From the NCBI GenBank assembly GCA_045606105.1, contig JAZURI010000010.1:83726-147725 (forward strand): DNA of 64,000 nt, given 5' to 3'. Numbering within the stretch: the stretch's first letter is position 1; the number at the start of each line of letters is the position of its first letter. Positions 38,829 to 48,225 of the stretch are shown piece after piece. This DNA is from Spirochaetia bacterium. GTDB taxonomy: Bacteria; Spirochaetota; Spirochaetia; CADAEX01. The translations under genes were made by a program, and so were the position numbers. Below the pieces are notes generated by a model. The model saw nothing but the letters and a program-made list of their open reading frames with translations, was not told the origin of the DNA and made no database searches.

Positions 38829-39534
38829 CAGCCTCATACATCAATATTCCGGCCGCCACGGAGACATTGAACGAATCCACATGTCCCTGTGCCGGAATTG
38901 AGATGATACCGTCACTTTTTTCAATCAGTATATTTGAAACTCCGGCCCCTTCGCTGCCCATGATGATGGCAGTTTTTCCCTTCAGGTTAAGCTTGTAGCA
39001 GGGGGTATCATCCATATCGGCCGCATAAACCCAGTAGCCGGCTTCCTTAAGCATATCCACCGATCTTGAAAGGTTTTCCACAGCCACGGATACGAACTCC
39101 CTGGCACCGGCAGAGGTCTTGCCTATGATCTCACTGTCCTTGGCGGACCGTCTTGAAGGAATGATGACAAGATCGACACCGAACTGGTCTGCAGACCTGA
39201 GTATGGCACCATAATTGTGGGGATCTGTGATTCCGTCCAGAAGAAGAACCAGGGAACTTTCCTTATTAAGCGATTTCAGAAATGTCTTGAGTGTGATGTT
39301 GCGGAGATCGGAATCGCGGCTTTCCACAGCCAGCATTATTCCCCGATGATCTTCTGTTCCCGAAAGCTTTCTTATTTCCTCGTCCGAGGTCTTTACACAC
39401 CTGATTCCGGCCCGGGCGGCCTCTTTTTCGATCTTCTGGTGTCTGCTTCCGGATTTTGATACATAAAGCCTGCCCCTGCTGTTTCCGGCCCGGACAGCCT
39501 CCTCTATTGCGTGGAAACCGGTAATGTATTCCAT
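38812..39534 (-). CDS. rlmB: 23S rRNA 2'-O-methyltransferase (TrmH/SpoU, RlmB-like)
   Basis: DPHNYGAILRSA, GSEGAG, SFNVSVA. Confidence 0.85.
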   Translation of the reverse strand: MEYITGFHAIEEAVRAGNSRGRLYVSKSGSRHQKIEKEAARAGIRCVKTSDEEIRKLSGTEDHRGIMLAVESRDSDLRNITLKTFLKSLNKESSLVLLLDGITDPHNYGAILRSADQFGVDLVIIPSRRSAKDSEIIGKTSAGAREFVSVAVENLSRSVDMLKEAGYWVYAADMDDTPCYKLNLKGKTAIIMGSEGAGVSNILIEKSDGIISIPAQGHVDSFNVSVAAGILMYEAVRQNS

Positions 39535-39539
39535 TTTTT

Positions 39540-39737
39540 TCAGTCGGCTTTCTTCAGGTCGGCAATGATATCGGCCATTTTACCGACAAATTCATCCCAT
39601 TCTTCTTCCTTGAAGTTGATACCCTGCTTTCCCGGCTTTTCAACGCCGTCCTCTTCATACCATCTTCTGACAGAGATGTAATTCTTGCCTCTGAATTCCT
39701 GCATCTGTACCTTGATGTCTTTTCCGATACTAATCAT
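39540..39737 (-). CDS. PC4-family ssDNA-binding protein
   Basis: 65 aa; EFRGKNYISVRRWY...KPGKQGI....EWDEF pattern; AGGAG RBS and TATAAT upstream. Confidence 0.75.
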   Translation of the reverse strand: MISIGKDIKVQMQEFRGKNYISVRRWYEEDGVEKPGKQGINFKEEEWDEFVGKMADIIADLKKAD

Positions 39738-39879
39738 CTTAACTCCTGGGCTATTATAACATATATATATAAAAAATAAAACTAAAAATTTTATTATTTA
39801 AATAAATATTGACTGAATAATTGTTTAGGTCTATTATTTTCTAAATATTAAATAAATATTCTTTTAAGAGGAGAAAAGA

Positions 39880-41217
39880 ATGTATAATTTAGACGAATTT
39901 ATGGCAGAATTGGAAAGAAAGAATCCTGCTCAGCCTGAGTTTATCCAGGCTGCAAGAGAAGTTGTGGCTTCAGTTATCGATATTGTTAACGGAACACCTA
40001 AATACCTTAACAACAAGATTCTCGACAGAATCATCGAACCTGAAAGAATTATCCAGTTCAAGGTTGAATGGGAAGATGACAACCACCAGATTCAGGTTAA
40101 CCGCGGTTACAGAGTTCAGTTCAACAGCGCTATCGGACCTTACAAGGGCGGTATCAGATTCAATAAGAACGTAACAATCGGAACACTTAAATTCCTCGGT
40201 TTCGAGCAGATTTTCAAGAACAGCCTTACAACACTCCCAATGGGTGGCGGTAAAGGTGGTGCAGACTTCGATCCTGTCGGAAAATCAGACAATGAAATTC
40301 TCCGTTTCTGCAGAAGCTTCATGACAGAGCTTCAGAAGCATATCGGACCAGATACAGACGTTCCGGCCGGAGACCTCGGTGTAGGCGGAAGAGAAATCGG
40401 TTTCATGTACGGACAGTACAAGAGAATCCGCCAGGAAAACACAGGTGTTCTCACAGGAAAGGGACAGACATGGGGTGGATCACTCATCAGACCTGAAGCT
40501 ACAGGTTTCGGTGCTCTCTACTTCACAGACGAAGTTCTCAAGCTTAACAATGACTCACTTGCAGGAAAAAGATGCTCAGTTTCAGGTTTCGGAAACGTAG
40601 CATGGGGTGCAGTAATGAAGGCTACAGAGCTTGGTGCAAAGGTTGTTGCAATTTCCGGTCCGGACGGATATGTAGTGGACGAAGAAGGAATCAACACACC
40701 AGAAAAATTCAACTACATGCTTGAGCTCAGAGCTTCCAACAAGAACGTTGTAGAGCCTTATGCAGAAAAGTTCGGTGCAAAATTCTTCAAAGGAAAGAAA
40801 ATCTGGGAGCTCCCTGTTGATATCGCATTCACAGCAGCACTTCAGAACGAGCTTAACGGCGATGATGCAGCTATGCTTATCAAGAACGGCGTAAAATATG
40901 TTATTGAAATCTCCAACATGGGTTGTACACCTGAAGCTATCGAAGCATTCCAGGAAGCAAAGATTCCTTTCTGCCCAGGAAAAGCAGCTAATGCCGGCGG
41001 TGTAGCAGTTTCCGGTCTCGAAATGAGCCAGAACGCAGGACACATCAAGTGGGAAGCAGAAGCAGTAGACAGCCAGCTCAAGACTATCATGAAGAACATC
41101 TTCGAAGCATGTGTACGCGAAGGAAAGCTTGCAGACGGTACAGTTGACTATGTTAAGGGTGCCAACATTGCAGGATTCAAGAAAGTTGCAGATGCAATGG
41201 TAGAGCTCGGATACTGA
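39880..41217 (+). CDS. gdhA: Glutamate dehydrogenase (NADP-type GdhA)
   Basis: GPYKGG, GGGKGG, DVPAGD, RPEATG, KAANAGGV. Confidence 0.95.
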   Translation: MYNLDEFMAELERKNPAQPEFIQAAREVVASVIDIVNGTPKYLNNKILDRIIEPERIIQFKVEWEDDNHQIQVNRGYRVQFNSAIGPYKGGIRFNKNVTIGTLKFLGFEQIFKNSLTTLPMGGGKGGADFDPVGKSDNEILRFCRSFMTELQKHIGPDTDVPAGDLGVGGREIGFMYGQYKRIRQENTGVLTGKGQTWGGSLIRPEATGFGALYFTDEVLKLNNDSLAGKRCSVSGFGNVAWGAVMKATELGAKVVAISGPDGYVVDEEGINTPEKFNYMLELRASNKNVVEPYAEKFGAKFFKGKKIWELPVDIAFTAALQNELNGDDAAMLIKNGVKYVIEISNMGCTPEAIEAFQEAKIPFCPGKAANAGGVAVSGLEMSQNAGHIKWEAEAVDSQLKTIMKNIFEACVREGKLADGTVDYVKGANIAGFKKVADAMVELGY

Positions 41218-41243
41218 TCCGTTTCTAAAACTCCGAATAAGAT

Positions 41244-41273
41244 AAAAAAACCCCGCAGCCCGCGGGGTTTTTT
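41244..41273. terminator. Bidirectional terminator gdhA / yhcC-like
   Basis: AAAAAACCCCGC-agccc-GCGGGGTTTTTT between convergent genes. Confidence 0.88.
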
Positions 41274-42186
41274 ATTGCCTGTAAAGCCGGCCCTGGAACC
41301 GGTTTCCGGCTGTCATCTTCTTTTTTACAAGGTCGTAGATATTGCCCTTGGACATGTACTTTCTGGGAGCAGCCCGGTCTGCCTCGTAGGTATCGCAGGT
41401 CAGCCTCATGATAATCATATCCTCCGGCAGCATTTCGATGCAGCTGATAAGATATTCTATGTATTTTTCCCTGGAAGGAACAGTCAGCTCCCCTTTAAGG
41501 TACTCCCGGAAAAGAACCGTGTTGTAGGTGATGTTCAGGTCGTGGAACTTGACTCCGTCGGGCTTTATACTGCTGACATATCTGACAGACTGCTCCATGT
41601 CTCCGAAATCCTCTCCTGGAAGGCCCAGAATGAGGTGTGTGGCGATTTTTACCCCTTTCTGACGTAAGATATCAAACGCCCTCTCATAGTCGTCCCTGGT
41701 GTGTCCTCTGTTGATTCTGGCCAGGGTCCTGTCGTTGGCCGACTGCAGCCCCAGCTCCACCCATACATCGAAGCCCTCCTTTTTATAGGAGGCCAGCAGA
41801 TCGGCCTTTTCCTCATCAATGCAGTCGGGTCTGGTGGCTACTATGAGCTCGCTGAAATCGCCCAGGGAAAGGGCATGGTCATATATTTTCCTGAGGTTTT
41901 CAGGGGTGTCGTATGTGTTTGAGAAGGCCTGGAAATAGAGAAGGAATACTTCGGCTCCGTAGCGCCGCCTGGTAAAGGCCAGCCCTCTGGTTATCTGCTC
42001 CTCTGTCATGGAGGCCTTGTCCAGGTATGATGCCCTGGCCCCCTGGGAGCTGCAGTAGATACAGCCCGGGCTGCTTCTGTCGGAGCCCCGGTTAGGGCAT
42101 GAGAAGCCGCCGTCCACCGCTATCCTGTAAGCTTTTTTTCCGTATTTTTCCCGCAGATAGGCGGAATATGAACGAAAGGGCTCCAT
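41272..42186 (-). CDS. TIGR01212/YhcC-family radical SAM protein
   Basis: GFSCPNR....GCIYC, YFQAFSNTY, TRPDC, VELGLQS; start moved to ATG 42186. Confidence 0.88.
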   Translation of the reverse strand: MEPFRSYSAYLREKYGKKAYRIAVDGGFSCPNRGSDRSSPGCIYCSSQGARASYLDKASMTEEQITRGLAFTRRRYGAEVFLLYFQAFSNTYDTPENLRKIYDHALSLGDFSELIVATRPDCIDEEKADLLASYKKEGFDVWVELGLQSANDRTLARINRGHTRDDYERAFDILRQKGVKIATHLILGLPGEDFGDMEQSVRYVSSIKPDGVKFHDLNITYNTVLFREYLKGELTVPSREKYIEYLISCIEMLPEDMIIMRLTCDTYEADRAAPRKYMSKGNIYDLVKKKMTAGNRFQGRLYRQ

Positions 42187-42190
42187 AGGC

Positions 42191-43117
42191 TTATTTTTCG
42201 TGCTGGATCCTGGTGATGTCGTACGGAGTTCCCTGATATACATAGTAGTTTATCCAGTTTCCGTAAAGGAGATGGGCGCTTGATCTCCAGGATGTAACAG
42301 GCTCTTTCTCCGGGTCATTGTCCGGAAAATAGTTTTCCGGGATATGGGGATTGATTCCTGCCTTCACATCCCTTAAATATTCCTTTTTCAGTGTATCGGC
42401 ATCATATTCGGCATGTCCCAGAAGAAAGATCTGTCTTCCCTTTTCATCTGCAACGGCATATATTCCTGCCGATTTGGAGGAAGCCATGATCCTGAGTCCC
42501 GGTATCTTTTCCACAGCTTCCCTTTCAATGGTGGTATAGCGGGAATGCGGTACGGAGAAGGTATCGTCAAATCCGCGGAACAGCATGGTGTTTCTGCTTT
42601 CAAGGGTATGTCTGTAGATTCCGGAAAGCTTTTTCTCCATGGCCACCTTAGGTATTCCGTAGTGGTAATAGAGTCCGGCCTGCGCACCCCAGCAGATATG
42701 GAGGGTGGAGTAGACATGGGTCCTGCTCCATTTCATTATCTCGCAGAGCTCCGGCCAGTAATCCACATCCTCGAAAGCAAGATGTTCCACCGGTGCTCCC
42801 GTGATGATAAGCCCGTCATAAAAATTTTCCTTCACATCCTCAAAGGTCTTGTAGAAGGCCAGCATATGCTCTGCCGGCGTATTCTTTGAGTTATGGGCGG
42901 AAGGGGCAATAAGCTCCAGGTCTATCTGAAGCGGTGTATTTCCCAGCACTCTGGCAAACTGAGTTTCGGTATCGATCTTTATAGGCATGAGATTGAGAAA
43001 CAGCACCTTAAGCGGTCTGATATCCTGGGACTGAGCCCTGGTTTCAGTCATGAAGAAGATGTTTTCTCTTTCAAGTATACTTGCAGCCGGCAGCTTGTTG
43101 GGAATTTTTATTGGCAT
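42191..43117 (-). CDS. metA: MetA-family homoserine O-acyltransferase (likely acetyltransferase)
   Basis: QDIRPL, NLMP, ITGAPVE, ICWGAQA; Glu in GAPVE is associated with acetyl-CoA preference. Confidence 0.93.
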   Translation of the reverse strand: MPIKIPNKLPAASILERENIFFMTETRAQSQDIRPLKVLFLNLMPIKIDTETQFARVLGNTPLQIDLELIAPSAHNSKNTPAEHMLAFYKTFEDVKENFYDGLIITGAPVEHLAFEDVDYWPELCEIMKWSRTHVYSTLHICWGAQAGLYYHYGIPKVAMEKKLSGIYRHTLESRNTMLFRGFDDTFSVPHSRYTTIEREAVEKIPGLRIMASSKSAGIYAVADEKGRQIFLLGHAEYDADTLKKEYLRDVKAGINPHIPENYFPDNDPEKEPVTSWRSSAHLLYGNWINYYVYQGTPYDITRIQHEK

Positions 43118-43129
43118 TTCAGTTCCTTA

Positions 43130-44410
43130 TCAGATAATTTCCAGACCTTTTTCCAGGTCCTCAATCAGATCGTCGACATTTTCAAGTCCTACGGAAAGGC
43201 GTACGAGACCTGCAGGAATACCGGCTTCCTTAAGCTGTTCTTCTGTAAGCTGGCGATGTGTTGCGGATGCCGGATTAAGACAGCATGTCCTTGCATCTGC
43301 CACGTGGGTCTCGATAGCTGTCATTTTCAGTGTCTTCATAAGAAGCTCTGCAGCCGGTTTCCCCCCTTTTACCTCGAAGGAGATGACACCGCAGGAACCG
43401 TTAGGAAGATATTTCTGAGCAAGCTTGTAGTACGGATCTGAAGGGAGTCCGCAGTAGTTTACTTTTTCAATCTTAGGATGCTTAACCAGGAATTCGGCTA
43501 CAGCCTGTGCATTTGAACAGTGGCGAGGCATTCTTACATGGAGGCTTTCCAGGCCAAGATTAAGGTAGAATGCATGCTGAGGAGACTGGATTGAACCGAA
43601 ATCCCTCATGAGCTGAGCTGTACATTTTGTAATGAATGCACCTGCCTGACCGAATTTCTCTGCGTATGTGATTCCGTGATAGCTGTCGTCCGGTTTGCAG
43701 AGACCCGGGAACTTGTCTGCATGGGCAAGCCAGTCAAATTTTCCGGAGTCTACGATTGCTCCGCCTACTGCTACTCCGTGTCCGTCCATATACTTGGTTG
43801 TGGCATGGGTAACGATATCTGCTCCCCATTCGAAAGGACGGCAGTTGATAGGGGTAGGGAAGGTGTTGTCCACGATAAGAGGAACACCGTTCTTGTGAGC
43901 AATGTTTGCCCAGCGTTCGATATCGAATACTGTCAGAGCCGGATTGGCAATGGTTTCTCCGAATACAGCCTTTGTGTTAGGCTTGAATGCAGCCTGGATC
44001 TCTTCGTCCGAAGCATCCGGTGAAATGAAAGTGAAATCGATTCCCATCTTGCGCATTGTAACATTGAAGAGGTTGAAGGTTCCTCCGTAGATGGATGCTG
44101 AGGAGATGATGTGGTCTCCGTTGTTGGCGATATTGAAAATGGCAAAGAAGTTGGCAGCCTGTCCGGAAGAGGTGAGCATTGCGGCTGTTCCCCCCTCGAG
44201 TTCGGCAATCTTTGCAGCTACATAGTCGTTTGTAGGATTCTGGAGGCGGGTATAGAAATAGCCTGAAGCTTCGAGATCGAAAAGTTTACCCATGTCCTCG
44301 CTGGTATCATATTTGAAGGTAGTGGACTGTACAATCGGAATCTGTCTAGGTTCTCCGTTCTTTGGTGTATATCCCCCCTGGATACACTTTGTTTCTATAC
44401 GTGTGTTCAT
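43130..44410 (-). CDS. metY: O-acetylhomoserine sulfhydrylase
   Basis: YTRLQNPT, LEGG, DNTF, HATTKY (PLP Lys), PASATH, RLSVGLE. Confidence 0.92.
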   Translation of the reverse strand: MNTRIETKCIQGGYTPKNGEPRQIPIVQSTTFKYDTSEDMGKLFDLEASGYFYTRLQNPTNDYVAAKIAELEGGTAAMLTSSGQAANFFAIFNIANNGDHIISSASIYGGTFNLFNVTMRKMGIDFTFISPDASDEEIQAAFKPNTKAVFGETIANPALTVFDIERWANIAHKNGVPLIVDNTFPTPINCRPFEWGADIVTHATTKYMDGHGVAVGGAIVDSGKFDWLAHADKFPGLCKPDDSYHGITYAEKFGQAGAFITKCTAQLMRDFGSIQSPQHAFYLNLGLESLHVRMPRHCSNAQAVAEFLVKHPKIEKVNYCGLPSDPYYKLAQKYLPNGSCGVISFEVKGGKPAAELLMKTLKMTAIETHVADARTCCLNPASATHRQLTEEQLKEAGIPAGLVRLSVGLENVDDLIEDLEKGLEII

Positions 44411-44428
44411 ATATATTTCTCCTGATAA

Positions 44429-46909
44429 TTATTTTATATATTCTTTTGTCAAATTATTAAAGTACTCACGGTAGGCAATTCTCATATTGGCCTTGGGTGC
44501 ACAGAAGAGAGTCTTTCTTTCAATCCTGCAGCTTTCCAGCGGATATTCCGTATCCAGCACCTCCCTCAGCATTCCCATGATATTTGCCTTCTTGTTTCCC
44601 TGTACCACATCCACGGTATAGCTTCCGTTTCCGCCCGAAACCGTAAGGTCTCCTTCCAGCCCGTTTTCCGCAATGTAGCTTCCGATTCCCTCCAGGAACC
44701 CGGCTTCATCATTTCCGGTATAGACAAGGTTGTAAAGGCTTCCCTTGTAAAGGCTCATGAGAGACGGAACCTTTCTTTCCTTGCAGAACTCCTTGGAGAA
44801 AGCAAAGGCCTCCCTGATTTCCAGTCCCCACGGAAGGCTTCTGTTAAGCTTTTCAATGAATTCGGTGCTGCTTATCCTGCCGTGGAGATTGATGGATGCC
44901 ACCTCGCATTCCGAGCTGATTCCCAGTGAAAGAGGATGGGCAAACTCCAGCTTTGGCTTAGGGTTGAAGCCCTGAGAGAATTCTATGGAGAGACCGGCCC
45001 TCTGAAGGGATTTTTCAAAGATGCCCATAAGGTCGAGATGTCCGATATAGATCTGCTCTCCTGTTTTTGCAAAAAGGAAATAGATTCTGGTTATGGCCGG
45101 ATCGGTCTGATGTACAGGAACCGGCTCATCAAGTACGGAGCTGTTCTGCCCGATGCTTCTTATTCCTGTTTCCCGGCCGCAGACACCGCACGGATGGTCA
45201 CAGTCGCTGCCGCAGATGCCGGTGAATTTTCCTGTTCCTATCTTGTTCCATTCCTTGATGTAGAAGCTTGGGGAAACGCCCATGGAGACATTATCCCAAG
45301 GGAGCTTTTCCTCGGTGGAACGGGCCCGGCATGTTTCTTCCTTCACATCCCAGTCTGCCTCATCCAGCACCTGATGCCAGACACTGAGTCTGGAGTATTC
45401 GTCCCATGCATCCAGCCGGGCCCCCATTCTGAAGGCCTTGATGAGAAGGTCGCCCGCCCTGCTGTCTCCTCTGGAAATGACACCTTCCAGATATGAAAGG
45501 AAAGGGGAGTGATATCCTACCTTTATCGGGAAGCCCCTGACACTGTCCTTGATGTAGGCCAGCTTGGCGGCGCTCTCCTCCACAGTCATCTGAGGTGCAT
45601 ACTGGAACGGTGTATGAGGTTTCGGAATGAAGGTTCCCACATTTATGTTCAGCTGGATCTTTGTCCTGTTGTAGACCTGCATGATGAAGCTGACTATTTC
45701 CTTTTCCTCGTTGATTCCTTCCGAAACCGGCAGCCCGATCATGAAGTAGAACTTGGCCACTCTCCATCCCAGCTTCTTGGCTTCGGTAATAATCTGCACG
45801 ATATTGTCTATGGAGGCTGTCTTGTTCAGGTCGGCCTGCCACCTGTCCAACGGGGTCTCCACCGCAAATGTCAGGCCGCTTTTCCGGACTTCATTGAGGT
45901 CTGAAAGCATGTTCAGTGTAAAGCTGCTGACTTTCAGGGACGGAAAAGAAAAGGAAACGCCGTAGGGAGCGTACTTTGCGCTGAGGTATGTTATCAGCTT
46001 AGGCATGACCGAATAGTCCCCCGAAGAGAGGGAAAGTAGGGTGATTTCCCGGTATCCGTACCTGAACACCAGGTTGTCCACCTCCTGTATGATCAGCTCT
46101 ATATCCTTTTCCCGCTGAGGTCTGTAATAGATTCCGGCATGACAGAAGCGGCATCCGTTGGGACATCCTCTCATTATTTCCACCACACCGTTGTTCTGCA
46201 CTGCCTTGATTGAAGGAACCGGTCCTCTTGCCTCAGGATAAAGCCTGGTTCCGAAGCCGTTCCATACCGCCCTTTTTACCGGAGTCTCCTTTTCAGCTGT
46301 CCAGATAAAGGGTCTGGATTCAAAGAGCTTTAAGATATCGCTTCTGGAACCGCCCTTTTTCTTTATTTCTACAGCCTCTGTCAGAAGCTCCTCGTAGGCA
46401 TCCTCTGCCTCACCGATAAAGACAGCATCAAATATCTTTCCGAAAGGGGCAGGGTTTGTAACTCCCGGACCGCCGGCAATGACAATCGGATCATCCTCTC
46501 CTCTTTCCCCTTTCTCTACCGGAATTCCTCCCATGTCCAGGATGTTCAGGACATTGGTTCCCGTAAGCTCGTAGCCGATGGTAAAGGCCATAATATCAAG
46601 CTTTTTAAGAGGAAGCCCTGTTTCAAGGGTGTAAAGGGGAATTTCTGCTTCTCTCAGCTTCTCTTCAAAATCAGGTGCCGGAGCAAAGACTCTTTCACAG
46701 TTGACTCCTTTAATCCCGTTGAAAAGGTTGTAAAGAACCTTCAGGGCAGTGTTTGACATGCCGATTTCGTAGAGATCCGGATAGGAAACTGCCATGTTGA
46801 GCGCCATTCCCTCTTTCCTGTAGGATCCGAATTCTCCCCCTGTGTATCTGGCAGGCTTGAGAACCTGCATAAGGATGTTGTCAAGATTTCTGTACTGTGA
46901 GATATTCAA
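44429..46909 (-). CDS. Radical SAM protein, TIGR03960-like fused to a TIGR03936-like (DUF2344) domain
   Basis: KPARYTGGE, YPDLYEIGMS, RGCPNGCRFC; C-terminal GHLDL..GFNPKPK..PLSLG. Confidence 0.85.
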   Translation of the reverse strand: MNISQYRNLDNILMQVLKPARYTGGEFGSYRKEGMALNMAVSYPDLYEIGMSNTALKVLYNLFNGIKGVNCERVFAPAPDFEEKLREAEIPLYTLETGLPLKKLDIMAFTIGYELTGTNVLNILDMGGIPVEKGERGEDDPIVIAGGPGVTNPAPFGKIFDAVFIGEAEDAYEELLTEAVEIKKKGGSRSDILKLFESRPFIWTAEKETPVKRAVWNGFGTRLYPEARGPVPSIKAVQNNGVVEIMRGCPNGCRFCHAGIYYRPQREKDIELIIQEVDNLVFRYGYREITLLSLSSGDYSVMPKLITYLSAKYAPYGVSFSFPSLKVSSFTLNMLSDLNEVRKSGLTFAVETPLDRWQADLNKTASIDNIVQIITEAKKLGWRVAKFYFMIGLPVSEGINEEKEIVSFIMQVYNRTKIQLNINVGTFIPKPHTPFQYAPQMTVEESAAKLAYIKDSVRGFPIKVGYHSPFLSYLEGVISRGDSRAGDLLIKAFRMGARLDAWDEYSRLSVWHQVLDEADWDVKEETCRARSTEEKLPWDNVSMGVSPSFYIKEWNKIGTGKFTGICGSDCDHPCGVCGRETGIRSIGQNSSVLDEPVPVHQTDPAITRIYFLFAKTGEQIYIGHLDLMGIFEKSLQRAGLSIEFSQGFNPKPKLEFAHPLSLGISSECEVASINLHGRISSTEFIEKLNRSLPWGLEIREAFAFSKEFCKERKVPSLMSLYKGSLYNLVYTGNDEAGFLEGIGSYIAENGLEGDLTVSGGNGSYTVDVVQGNKKANIMGMLREVLDTEYPLESCRIERKTLFCAPKANMRIAYREYFNNLTKEYIK

Positions 46910-48225
46910 ATTTTAAACCTGTACCGTCTATAATATATATTGATTAAAATTCCCGCCGCCGCCATGGAGGTCCAGAGCGATGAGCCTCCGTAGGAGAGAT
47001 ACAACAGAGGAATTCCCATAACAGGCATAATGCCCATTGCCATTCCTATATTTACCATAAAATGGAAAAATATCATAGCGGTGATACCTGTGGCCAGGTA
47101 TGAGCCGAAGGAGTCCTTGGAGGCACAGATTATAATAAGCCCCCTGAGAAGGATCAGAAAGAAGCAGAAGAATATGAACATGCAGCCCAGAAAGCCCGAT
47201 TCCTCGGCAATGATGGAGAAGATGAAGTCGTTGCTCTGCTCCGGAAGGTAGTGATAATGACTCTGGGTTCCCCGGAGAAAGCCCTTGCCCAGGATACCGC
47301 CGGAACCGATGGCTGTAAGGGACTGGATGATGTTCCAGCCTGCACCGTGGGGATCGATGGAGGGATCCAGGAATACCGCAAGCCTCATTATCTGGTAGAT
47401 CTTGAGGACCTTTCTTATCAGCAGTGAGAAAATGAGGGAGCCTGTCAGAATGACAAAGCTGTAGCACATCCAGTAATAGTATCCCTTCCTGAAGAAAATC
47501 CATCCTGCGGCGGAAAGGAGGGTGATAAGGACTGCAGCTCCCGCAATGTACAGGATTACGGTCTGGTTGTTCAGTATACCCGAAATGAGGTTTTCATGCT
47601 TGGTGATGTATGAATTCCATACCGGTATGATGGTGAAGACTATGGAGAGAAAGCCTGTGGCGGCCAGGAAGAAGAGGTACCTGATCTTTGCTCCTGCGAA
47701 AAAGTAGATTCCGAAGAATATCGGTACATAGATCAGGGCTGTTCCCAGGTCAGGCTGTGCCAGAATAAGCAGCATGGGGATAAACGGAATGACAAGTCCC
47801 TTCAGGAAAACCTTCATATCCTTTATGTTTTCCCGGTTTTTTGCACAGTAGGCCGAAAATGCGGCAATGGTTCCGATTTTGGCAAATTCCGAGGGCTGTA
47901 TACCGAAGCCCATGAAGCCCAGCCAGGATCTGGCACCGTTGACCTTGTTGCCGAGAAACAGGGTTATAAGAAGAAGCAGTATGGAGATTCCGTAGATATA
48001 TGCGGAAAAATCGTAAAGCATCTTGTAGTCAATGAAGATGAATACCATCATTATGATGAGGCCGGTGACAGCCCAGAGGGTCTGCTTGAGGTATTCGTTG
48101 GAGGTGTTGATTCCGTCGGAGTTGATGCCGCTGGAATAGATGAAGCAGATTCCCACGGTGATGACCGAGAGAACGGCGAAGAAAATGATAAAGTCAAAAT
48201 TCAGGAAGGATCTGTTGTTATTCAT
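46906..48225 (-). CDS. rodA: SEDS peptidoglycan polymerase RodA
   Basis: GARSW, QPSEFAK, QPDLGT, LPEQSNDFIF, SYGGSS. Confidence 0.95.
   Translation of the reverse strand: MNNNRSFLNFDFIIFFAVLSVITVGICFIYSSGINSDGINTSNEYLKQTLWAVTGLIIMMVFIFIDYKMLYDFSAYIYGISILLLLITLFLGNKVNGARSWLGFMGFGIQPSEFAKIGTIAAFSAYCAKNRENIKDMKVFLKGLVIPFIPMLLILAQPDLGTALIYVPIFFGIYFFAGAKIRYLFFLAATGFLSIVFTIIPVWNSYITKHENLISGILNNQTVILYIAGAAVLITLLSAAGWIFFRKGYYYWMCYSFVILTGSLIFSLLIRKVLKIYQIMRLAVFLDPSIDPHGAGWNIIQSLTAIGSGGILGKGFLRGTQSHYHYLPEQSNDFIFSIIAEESGFLGCMFIFFCFFLILLRGLIIICASKDSFGSYLATGITAMIFFHFMVNIGMAMGIMPVMGIPLLYLSYGGSSLWTSMAAAGILINIYYRRYRFKI

Noticed and set aside
33601-41273. Shared CCCCGC/GCGGGG stems at 33601 and 41251 as a repeat family
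   Set aside because: Only 6-bp stems with different loops; ordinary intrinsic terminators
44411-44428. SAM riboswitch or T-box upstream of metY
   Set aside because: Only 18 bp of intergenic space
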